A stretch of 64,000 bases of DNA, from contig CAZROO010000002.1 of NCBI GenBank assembly GCA_964601735.1, positions 61,109 through 125,108 of the forward strand, in the 5' to 3' direction. The stretch's first letter is position 1. The number at the start of each line of letters is the position of its first letter. The DNA is from an uncultured Pseudomonadales bacterium (lineage in GTDB: Bacteria > Pseudomonadota > Alphaproteobacteria > UBA2136 > UBA6156). The notes beneath the pieces were generated by a model that was given only the letters and a program-made list of their open reading frames with translations, ran no database searches and was not told the origin of the DNA. A program made the position numbers and the translations under genes. Of the stretch, positions 1 through 7,970 are shown piece by piece.

Positions 1-55
1 AACGAAGTCTCGGTAGAATTAAGCTAAAAAAAACCGCCATAGCGGGTAATTAAAT

Positions 56-478
56 CTACTTCCGCGCCCGTGCCGCCTTGGCATCACCCGTGTTCAGTGC
101 CTTCACCATCTTCACCACCTGCGGGCGGATGTTCTCCGGCAGCGCGTAATAGGCCTTCAACAGGTCAATGCTTTCCTTCTTGCTGAACACGCCTTCGTCG
201 ATACCGGTCTTGTCCTCGGCCACCATCAGCTTCTTGTCACCCGCAAAGCCGTCAAAAAAATAGGCTACGCTGGTGCCCAGCACCTTGGCCAGTTGCATCA
301 GGCGGCTGGCGCCCACGCGGTTGGCGCCACTTTCGTACTTCTGTACTTGCTGAAAGCTCACGCCCACGGCATTTCCCAGTTTTTCCTGGCTCATGCCCAG
401 CAGTTGGCGGCGGGCCTTCATCCGCTGGCCAACATAAATGTCAATCGGGTCCTGGGTGTGGGAGGTGGAATGCTTCAT
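56..478 (-). CDS. XRE/Cro-C1 family helix-turn-helix transcriptional regulator (140 aa)
   Basis: ORF track. HTH core RQLLGMSQEKLGNAVGVSFQQVQKYESGANRVGASRLMQLAKVLG is typical of the HTH_3/XRE family. The target is unknown. Confidence 0.8.
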   Translation of the reverse strand: MKHSTSHTQDPIDIYVGQRMKARRQLLGMSQEKLGNAVGVSFQQVQKYESGANRVGASRLMQLAKVLGTSVAYFFDGFAGDKKLMVAEDKTGIDEGVFSKKESIDLLKAYYALPENIRPQVVKMVKALNTGDAKAARARK

Positions 479-561
479 ACCTATCGTATATAGGGCATAT
501 GTCTGATGAATACAATGCGCATCAATGTGTGGTCCAGCCCAAAAAAGTAGCGGTAATAAGC

Positions 562-2070
562 CTACTCGAACCAGCTGACGAGGCGTAAAAACGGCGTCAT
601 CGGCGCGGCTGCGGGCAGGGGTACATCCATCAGGCTGCTGGCATCTTCCGGCAGTTGCGCCACGGTGCGGCCGTAGCCGTCTACAATAATGCTCAGGCCT
701 GTATTGGCGGCACGTACCAGCGGCTTGCCGGTTTCAATCGCGCGCAGGCGGGCCAGCGCGGCGTGCTGGTCAAGGGCGATGGTGCCGGTAAACCAGTTGT
801 CGTTGGTGATGTTGACCAGAAACTTCGCATTCTCCGCCCACCGCGCCACAAACAGAGGGAAGATGCCCTCATAGCAAATCAGCCCAATCACCGGCCCGGC
901 TGGGGTATTCAGTAAATTGGGCGCGGTGCCGCGGGCATAATCCAGCCGACTCTCGCTTACGGTACGCAGCCCAAAGGGCAGGGGCAGTTTGTTCAGCCAG
1001 TCGTGGAAGGGTATCTCCTCGCCAAACGGCACCAGCAAGTGCTTGTCGTACACGTCCAGCAGCTTGCCGGTGGCATCCATCGCCACCAGGCTGTTGTAAA
1101 ACAGTACATCCTCAGGCCCTCGCGACAGCGGAGGAACCTCGCGCCGCACCGTCCCGGTCAGCAAGGTCTGTCCCGGCTGGAGCTTGCCCGCCACCAGTTG
1201 GCGGATGTCCTGCTGCTCGTTCAAATAAAACGCCACGGCGGTTTCCGGCATCACAATCACGTCGGGCTTCTTGGCTACGTCGGGGAAGGCCACCGCCAGC
1301 GTCCGCTGCAAAAAGGCATAACGCGTGTTCGGGTCCCACTTGTGCAACCCATGAATCCCCGGCTGCACGACACGTATAAGAGGGGCACCACTGGCCGTCA
1401 CCGGCACTCCATGCAACCGCCACGCGCCAAACCCGGCCACCGCCAGCAAAACAACGGCAGCGATGCCATAGCGCACATAATCCTTGTGACTGACCAGCAC
1501 GGCCACGCTCACCAGAATCAAACTCAGCAGATAAACCCCGCCCACGCTCGCCAGTTGCGCCATCACCGGCATGCCTGCCAGCCATGCGCCCAGCGGTAGC
1601 CAGGGGAAACCGTAAGGCGACAGGCTCTTCAAAAATTCAATCAGTACCCATCCCCCGGCAAACACCAGCGGGCGTAGCCCTCCCGCTAATCCTCTTATCC
1701 TCTTATCCTCTGACCCGGCGCAGTAGGCCGCCACACAAACCAAAGCGATGCCTAACGCACCATAAAACGCCAACCCAAGTAGGGCCGGGCCGCCGCCAAA
1801 AGCGCCCGCCCAGATGTCATTATCGGCATCCATGTAAAACGCCCGCGGCAGCCAGTATAAAGCACTAAGCTGCCAGCCCATGCCCCATACAATCCCGGCG
1901 CCAAAGGCCTGCTTCTTGCTCCCGGCGTTGCGAACCAGACTGTAAAGAAAGGCGAGGGATGCAATCCCCAGTGGCCACACAAAAAACGGCGCGCCCGCAA
2001 AAGTGGCCAGCATCCCGGCCAGAAAAACCCATACGCCGATTGCCTTGTTACTCGTCAGCGACTTGAACAC
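562..2070 (-). CDS. lnt: apolipoprotein N-acyltransferase
   Basis: 502 aa. Polytopic N-terminal half plus a C-terminal CN-hydrolase domain (VMPETAVAF, LICYEGIFP, NITNDNWF). 1-nt overlap with ybeY upstream. Confidence 0.9.
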   Translation of the reverse strand: MFKSLTSNKAIGVWVFLAGMLATFAGAPFFVWPLGIASLAFLYSLVRNAGSKKQAFGAGIVWGMGWQLSALYWLPRAFYMDADNDIWAGAFGGGPALLGLAFYGALGIALVCVAAYCAGSEDKRIRGLAGGLRPLVFAGGWVLIEFLKSLSPYGFPWLPLGAWLAGMPVMAQLASVGGVYLLSLILVSVAVLVSHKDYVRYGIAAVVLLAVAGFGAWRLHGVPVTASGAPLIRVVQPGIHGLHKWDPNTRYAFLQRTLAVAFPDVAKKPDVIVMPETAVAFYLNEQQDIRQLVAGKLQPGQTLLTGTVRREVPPLSRGPEDVLFYNSLVAMDATGKLLDVYDKHLLVPFGEEIPFHDWLNKLPLPFGLRTVSESRLDYARGTAPNLLNTPAGPVIGLICYEGIFPLFVARWAENAKFLVNITNDNWFTGTIALDQHAALARLRAIETGKPLVRAANTGLSIIVDGYGRTVAQLPEDASSLMDVPLPAAAPMTPFLRLVSWFE

Positions 2071-2588
2071 TACAAAACCTCGTCCGGCACCGGGCTGCCG
2101 TCGGCATACGGGTCTTCCACGCCCCAGTTGGCGAGAATCCGGGTTTCCAGCCCTTCCATCTCCTCGGCCTCATCTTCATCCATGTGGTCATAACCCAGAA
2201 TGTGCAGCACGCCATGCAGTGCCAGGTGCCGCAAGTGGTCGGCCACGCTCTTGCCCTGGTCGTCGGCTTCTTCCATCACCTTGTCCGGGCAAATCGCCAC
2301 GTCGCCCAAATAGTGCAACTGGTCGTCCTCGTCCCAGGTGTCGCCGTCGGCGGCAAAGCTCAGCACATTGGCCACATAATCCTTGTGCCGGAAGGTCTGG
2401 TTCAGCCGCACCATTTCATCGGCGGGCACCAGTCGCACGCCAATGGCGGAGGGCCCGGGCAGCTTGTCGCGGCACTCGGCCACCACCAACCCGCCCAGCG
2501 GGCGCAGCAGCACGGCGGGGTCATCCACGCCGGGCAGGGCCTCAGCTGCGTCCACCAGAATATCCAACCTGTGGTCAACACGCGTCAT
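2070..2588 (-). CDS. ybeY: rRNA maturation endoribonuclease YbeY
   Basis: 172 aa with the zinc-binding motif HGVLHILGYDH and an acidic C-terminus. Confidence 0.9.
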   Translation of the reverse strand: MTRVDHRLDILVDAAEALPGVDDPAVLLRPLGGLVVAECRDKLPGPSAIGVRLVPADEMVRLNQTFRHKDYVANVLSFAADGDTWDEDDQLHYLGDVAICPDKVMEEADDQGKSVADHLRHLALHGVLHILGYDHMDEDEAEEMEGLETRILANWGVEDPYADGSPVPDEVL

Positions 2589-2666
2589 GAATCGAAACTT
2601 TCACGCTCTGCCGCTTGCGTCAATCCCAAGTACGCGGCACAACCAAGGCATAAAGAACAAAAACAG

Positions 2667-3788
<1,122 letters not shown>

Positions 3789-3792
3789 CCGA

Positions 3793-3851
3793 CTGTCATG
3801 CCGACGAAGGTCGGTATCCACGATAATACGTGCCGCAGGCACTCAAACCTT
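3793..3851 (+). repeat. Family A double-hairpin intergenic repeat, copy 1
   Basis: ctgtcatgccgACgaaggTcggtatccacgataatacgtgccgcaggcactcaaacctt is near-identical to 12177..12235. It has hairpins CCGAC-GAAG-GTCGG and GTGCC-GCA-GGCAC. It sits directly after the metK stop. Confidence 0.75.
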
Positions 3852-3888
3852 CTTGCCTTTAAAGGGCATATTCAGTAGGGCAGGGGTC

Positions 3889-4524
3889 ATGCCAGCCCCA
3901 GAAGGTTTCCGCCTCCACACCACAGCCCAACGCGGCAGGTTAACCGACGCCGAAAAGCGCCGCCTCGAAACATTGCTGCCCAAGTATCAGGTCACCGAAA
4001 CCTTCTTCCAAAACCTGCCCGGGCCGCTCGAAGTCGAACTCGGCATGGGCAACGGCCTCGCGCTGCTGGAGCGCGCCAAAGCCAACCCCGAACGCCATTA
4101 TCTCGGCTGCGAACTCTACCAATCCGGCATTGCCACCTGCCTTTATCATATCGGTGAAGCGAGCAACGTAAGCCTTTATAATGGCGATGCCCGCGACCTC
4201 CTCATGGCGCTTCCCAAAGCCAGCGTCGACCGCCTGCTCCTGCCGCACCCGGACCCCTGGCCCAAGGCCCGCCACCACAAACGCCGCCTGCTGCAAAACG
4301 AGTTCCTCGACGCCGTCCATCGCGTCCTGAAACCCGAGGGCGAGTTCTGGTTCATCACCGACTGGCCCGACTACGCCGAGCAAGGCGGCGAGTTGTTAAA
4401 ATCGCGTGAGGATTTTAAAGCCGAGGTCGTTCCGGAGCCCATCTGGTGGGCACCAACAAAGTACCAGAAAAAAGCCCAAAAAGCCGGCCGCACCAACGCC
4501 TATATCGTCGCCAGACCCAAATAA
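3889..4524 (+). CDS. trmB: tRNA (guanine-N7)-methyltransferase
   Basis: SAM-MTase core LEVELGMGNGLALLERAKANPERHYLGCE and PDPWPKARHHKRR. The track start (TTG 3853) lies inside the repeat, so ATG 3889 is preferred. The start remains uncertain. Confidence 0.85.
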   Translation: MPAPEGFRLHTTAQRGRLTDAEKRRLETLLPKYQVTETFFQNLPGPLEVELGMGNGLALLERAKANPERHYLGCELYQSGIATCLYHIGEASNVSLYNGDARDLLMALPKASVDRLLLPHPDPWPKARHHKRRLLQNEFLDAVHRVLKPEGEFWFITDWPDYAEQGGELLKSREDFKAEVVPEPIWWAPTKYQKKAQKAGRTNAYIVARPK

Positions 4525-4658
4525 GAATCCACCCGATTTACCTCTATAACACAGCCGTCATTCCGCCCCCTTGAGGGGGCAAGGAATCCATCGGGGCGAG
4601 CCGTAGTTATAAGCTATAAATTCTGTCGGTGATGGCTCTTGAGCTTCATTTTACCCTC

Positions 4659-4687
4659 TTGCCAATATCTCTGTTCCATCCTATAAC
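4659..4687 (+). promoter_or_regulatory. candidate sigma70-type promoter of the rimP-nusA operon
   Basis: TTGCCA (4659-4664), 17-nt spacer, TATAAC (4682-4687). It is about 130 nt upstream of the rimP ATG. Confidence 0.45.
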
Positions 4688-4760
4688 CCGCCTATAAGCC
4701 AGCCACGGGTTGTGGTCGGGCCACTTAAAAACCAATCCACCGCGCGAATAGGAAATCGCC

Positions 4761-4783
4761 CGGCCCATAAAGGGCTGTTTTTT
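4761..4783 (+). terminator. intrinsic terminator/attenuator hairpin in the rimP-nusA leader
   Basis: Stem CGGCCC/GGGCTG (one G-U pair), loop ATAAA, followed by TTTTTT (4778-4783). It lies 35 nt before the rimP ATG. Confidence 0.55.
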
Positions 4784-4817
4784 GTTCACGGTGGCCAAGA
4801 GTAATGAGAGAAACAGG

Positions 4818-5393
4818 ATGACTACACCAATCGACGCGACAATCGCCGAACTGGCCGCTGGGGCCTGCGCCGCGCATGGCCTGGTGCTGGTGCAGGCGCG
4901 CCTGGCGGGCGATACCCGCAACCTCACCGTCCGCGTGCTGGTCGAAAAGCCCGACGGCTCCAGCCCGACGCTGGAAGAATGCAGCGCGGTCAGCCGCACC
5001 ATCGGCACCCAGCTCGACGTCAACGAAACCATCAACAGCCGTTATATGCTCGAGGTCGGTACGCCGGGTCTGGATCGCCCGCTGGTCACGCCTGCCGACT
5101 ATACGCGCTTCGTTGGCCGCCAGGCCAAGCTGCAATTTTCGGTCAAGCAACTCATCGGCAACGGCACCCAGGCGCCTGAATATTTGCCGGGAGTAACCGG
5201 TTTGATTACAAAGGCTTCCGAAAAAGACGTGACGCTGGACATTAAGCACCCCACCTGCACCGTCACGGTCAAGTTCATCGACATCCGCTATGCCCACCTG
5301 CAACCGTCCGATACCGAAATGCAGATGGTGATGAAGGGTGAAAAGCTGCCTGGTCAGGTCGGTGGTCACAAAGTTCAACAAGCTATTAATTAA
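4818..5393 (+). CDS. rimP: ribosome maturation factor RimP
   Basis: MTTPIDATIAELAAGACAAHGLVLVQARL... and LEVGTPGLDRPL. It sits immediately upstream of nusA. The track start TTG 4782 is an alternative. Confidence 0.88.
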   Translation: MTTPIDATIAELAAGACAAHGLVLVQARLAGDTRNLTVRVLVEKPDGSSPTLEECSAVSRTIGTQLDVNETINSRYMLEVGTPGLDRPLVTPADYTRFVGRQAKLQFSVKQLIGNGTQAPEYLPGVTGLITKASEKDVTLDIKHPTCTVTVKFIDIRYAHLQPSDTEMQMVMKGEKLPGQVGGHKVQQAIN

Positions 5394-5414
5394 AGAGAAA
5401 AGAGGAGAACCAAA

Positions 5415-7121
5415 ATGGGTCTGGAATATCTGCAAATCGCCGACACGATTGCCCGCGAAAAGGACATCGAAAAAGAGCAGGTGCTCGAAGTGATGGAACA
5501 GGCCATCCAATCCGCCGCGCGCAAAAAGCTCGCCGCCGAACTCAACCTGCAACCGCTCGACCTGCTGGTGCAAGGCCATATCGACCGCACCACCGGCGAC
5601 GTGTCCATCAAGCGCCTCATCAAGGTGGTGCAAATGGTCATGGAACCCACCAGCCCGGAAGAATCCCGCCTCGCCGCCCGCGAAGGCCGCGAGCCCGAAA
5701 TGCGCCCGGCGTGCGATAAAAAAGGCTACCCGCTTAAAACCAATCCCAGCCAAATCCTGTTGGCCGAAGCCAAAAAATCCAACCCGGACATCGCCATCGG
5801 CGAATTCCTGACCGAAGACCTGCCCGCCCGTTACTTCGATGGCCGCGTCGCCGCCCAGGCCGCCAAGCAGGTCATCTTCCAAAAGGTGAAGGACGTTGAA
5901 CGCGCCAAGGAACTCGAAGAATATAAAGACCGCGTCGGCCAAATCATCGCCGGCATCGTCAAGCGCGTCGATTTCAACGGCGTGTGGGTCGACATGGGCC
6001 GCGCCGAAGCCTGGCTGCCCAAGGACGAGATCATCCAGCGCGAAAGCTTCAAGCAGAACGACCGCGTCCGCGCCTACATCTACAAGGTGGCGCAACAGCC
6101 GCGCGGCCCGCAAATTTTCGTCAGCCGCACCCACCCGCAATTCCTGGTGGAACTGTTTAAAGAACAGGTGCCGGAAATCGCCAACGGCACCATCGAAGTC
6201 ATGGGCGCCGCGCGCGACCCCGGCTTCCGCGCCAAAATCGCGGTCAAGAGCTTCGACCGCAACCTCGACCCGGTCGGTGCCTGCGTCGGCATCCGCGGCG
6301 TGCGCGTACAGGCCGTGACCACCGAACTGCAAGGCGAACGTGTCGACATCATCCAGTGGTCGCCCAACGCCGCCGAGTTCCTGGTGCGCGCCATGCAGCC
6401 CGCCCAGGTCAGCAAGGTGGTGCTGGACGAAGACGACAACCGCATCGAAGTCGTGGTGCCGGAAGATAACTTAAGCCTCGCCATCGGCCGCCGCGGCCAA
6501 AACGTCCGCCTCGCCAGCATCCTCACCGGCTGGGACATCGACGTGATGACCGAAGCCGAAGAAGCCGAACGCCGCACGCAAGAGTACCAGGCGCTCAGCC
6601 AAAACCTCATCCAGAACCTCGACGTCGATGAAGTCCTGGCCCGCCTGCTTATCACCGAAGGCTTCCGCACGATGGACGACATCCTCAAGGTAACCCCCGA
6701 AGAAATCGCCCAAATCGAAGGCCTGAGCGTCGAAGTGGCCACCGAGCTGCAAACCCGCGCCCAAAACGCCCTCAATGCGGCGGCCGAAAAACTGGCCAAG
6801 CTGGGCGTGACCGAAGAACTGAAGAACATGAACGGCATGACCGCCGACCTCGTGCTGATGCTGGGCGAAAAGGGTGTGAAGACCCTCGACGACCTCGGCG
6901 ACCTCGCCACCGACGAGCTGCAGGAAATGCTGCCCGCCGGTCTGCTGAACGAGAAGCAGGCCCAGCGCCTCATCATGGCCGCCCGCCAGCACTGGTTCAC
7001 CGACCCCGATGCCGAAGAAAGCGCGGAAGAAGAGGCCGATGCCACCGAAACCAAGGCGGCGGAACAACGCAGCAAAGCCAATGCGGCCAAAATCAAAAAG
7101 GCCGCCCAGGCCAGCGCCTAA
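5415..7121 (+). CDS. nusA: transcription termination/antitermination factor NusA
   Basis: 568 aa with an S1 domain, two KH domains (GACVGIRGVRVQAV, LAIGRRGQNVRLAS) and C-terminal acidic HhH repeats. Confidence 0.96.
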   Translation: MGLEYLQIADTIAREKDIEKEQVLEVMEQAIQSAARKKLAAELNLQPLDLLVQGHIDRTTGDVSIKRLIKVVQMVMEPTSPEESRLAAREGREPEMRPACDKKGYPLKTNPSQILLAEAKKSNPDIAIGEFLTEDLPARYFDGRVAAQAAKQVIFQKVKDVERAKELEEYKDRVGQIIAGIVKRVDFNGVWVDMGRAEAWLPKDEIIQRESFKQNDRVRAYIYKVAQQPRGPQIFVSRTHPQFLVELFKEQVPEIANGTIEVMGAARDPGFRAKIAVKSFDRNLDPVGACVGIRGVRVQAVTTELQGERVDIIQWSPNAAEFLVRAMQPAQVSKVVLDEDDNRIEVVVPEDNLSLAIGRRGQNVRLASILTGWDIDVMTEAEEAERRTQEYQALSQNLIQNLDVDEVLARLLITEGFRTMDDILKVTPEEIAQIEGLSVEVATELQTRAQNALNAAAEKLAKLGVTEELKNMNGMTADLVLMLGEKGVKTLDDLGDLATDELQEMLPAGLLNEKQAQRLIMAARQHWFTDPDAEESAEEEADATETKAAEQRSKANAAKIKKAAQASA

Positions 7122-7150
7122 ACAGGTTATAGGTTTTAGGTGCTAGGGAA

Positions 7151-7169
7151 GGGGCCGCACGGCCCCTTT
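7151..7169 (+). terminator. intrinsic terminator after nusA
   Basis: GGGGCC-GCAC-GGCCCC followed by TTT, 30 nt after the nusA stop. Confidence 0.55.
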
Positions 7170-7205
7170 CCCCTATGCCTCCTCATCCCGGCGTTCCCAA
7201 AGCCG

Positions 7206-7231
7206 AAAAGCCCCGGTATGCCGGGGCTTTT
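7206..7231. terminator. bidirectional hairpin terminator
   Basis: AAAA-GCCCCGG-TATG-CCGGGGC-TTTT. It begins 3 nt past the stop of the minus-strand gene 7235..7822. Confidence 0.6.
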
Positions 7232-7234
7232 CGT

Positions 7235-7822
7235 TTACGAAGGAGGAGGAACAAAAGAGGGCCGTGGCCGGTGCCTGACCCAGGGCCGCGGCTTTGTGTG
7301 AACCCGTTTGGCTTGGGCTGGCTTGATTTGGGGCGGGGGCACCGCAGGCGGGGACGGTGCCGCCGCTGTCGATACCTTGGCTACGGGCGAAGGGGCGGCG
7401 GGCGACGGAACGGGAGGGAGGGGAGCAGGTGTCACCAGCCTGTCTTTTTCCTTTTCCGCGTCCTTTGTCTCCTTTAGCACACCGTTCCGCGAGCCCCAGC
7501 ACATCACGGCATGGCCCCAGTTCACGCCAAACCAGCTTTGGTCGCCCTCACCGCCGGTCACGATATGTGCGCCGGTAACTGTGGCGGCCATAAGCACGGG
7601 AAACGGGTTGCTATCGCCGGGTACGGCCGAAACCGTCGGCAGTGTCGCCCGTATGCCTTCGGGCAGCAGCACCACATGCATTTCATCTAAAGTCACATCC
7701 AGCACCAGGGCTTCCTTGCCCTTCAGGGGGCAGGCCGCTTCGCCCCGGCCCATGTCGTAGGCTATGGTGGAAGTGGGTAAAAACATCACCACAGCAAACA
7801 GCATACTTTTTGTCATAAGCAT
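7235..7822 (-). CDS. hypothetical secreted protein with a Pro/Ala-rich C-terminus (195 aa)
   Basis: Signal-peptide-like N-terminus MLMTKSMLFAVVMFLPTSTIAYD, a small Cys-containing domain, then the tail PAPLPPVPSPAAPSPVAK...PPAVPPPQIKP. The ORF ends just before a terminator hairpin. I recognise no family. Confidence 0.55.
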   Translation of the reverse strand: MLMTKSMLFAVVMFLPTSTIAYDMGRGEAACPLKGKEALVLDVTLDEMHVVLLPEGIRATLPTVSAVPGDSNPFPVLMAATVTGAHIVTGGEGDQSWFGVNWGHAVMCWGSRNGVLKETKDAEKEKDRLVTPAPLPPVPSPAAPSPVAKVSTAAAPSPPAVPPPQIKPAQAKRVHTKPRPWVRHRPRPSFVPPPS

Positions 7823-7970
7823 GGCTGAACTCCGGGTTGGCCGTTTCAGGGTAAAATTGAAAACGGAAGGTCACAGATACCCCGAATCATAAAGCCGTCA
7901 ATGTGGGTTTCAATTCCAAATCCAGCGGCAAAACCTTGACAATTCAACCCCAAAGCCGCAAAAGCCCCCC

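Noticed and set aside
2184-2666. Long N-terminal extensions in the ORF track for metK. The same applies to fumC (to 22660), hbd (to 42397), FNR (to 15361), the MotB-like gene (to 32520), mdh (to 47687) and ftsZ (to 60508).
   Set aside because: The conserved N-termini begin at internal ATGs. The extensions overlap neighbouring genes or repeats and lack similarity to the families.
2589-2666. Possible SAM-II/SAM-V riboswitch upstream of metK
   Set aside because: Only 78 nt separate the divergent ybeY and metK starts. I see a GCCGC...GCGGC stem but cannot identify the conserved pseudoknot and AAAGCU elements by eye. cmscan is needed, so it is not called.
4525-4780. Search for a metY-like initiator tRNA in the trmB-rimP spacer, as in the E. 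coli metY-rimP-nusA operon
   Set aside because: No cloverleaf, T-loop (GGTTCGAATCC-type) or acceptor pairing could be found. Only a short CATAACCCG-like string is present.
4725-6332. 535-aa minus-strand ORF opposite rimP/nusA
   Set aside because: It is a shadow ORF of a high-GC coding region. The plus strand encodes conserved RimP and NusA.
7934-7970. TTGACA hexamer 31 nt upstream of the infB ATG, as evidence for a leaderless infB mRNA
   Set aside because: No acceptable -10 element lies at the right spacing (CAAAAG only), so the evidence is insufficient.
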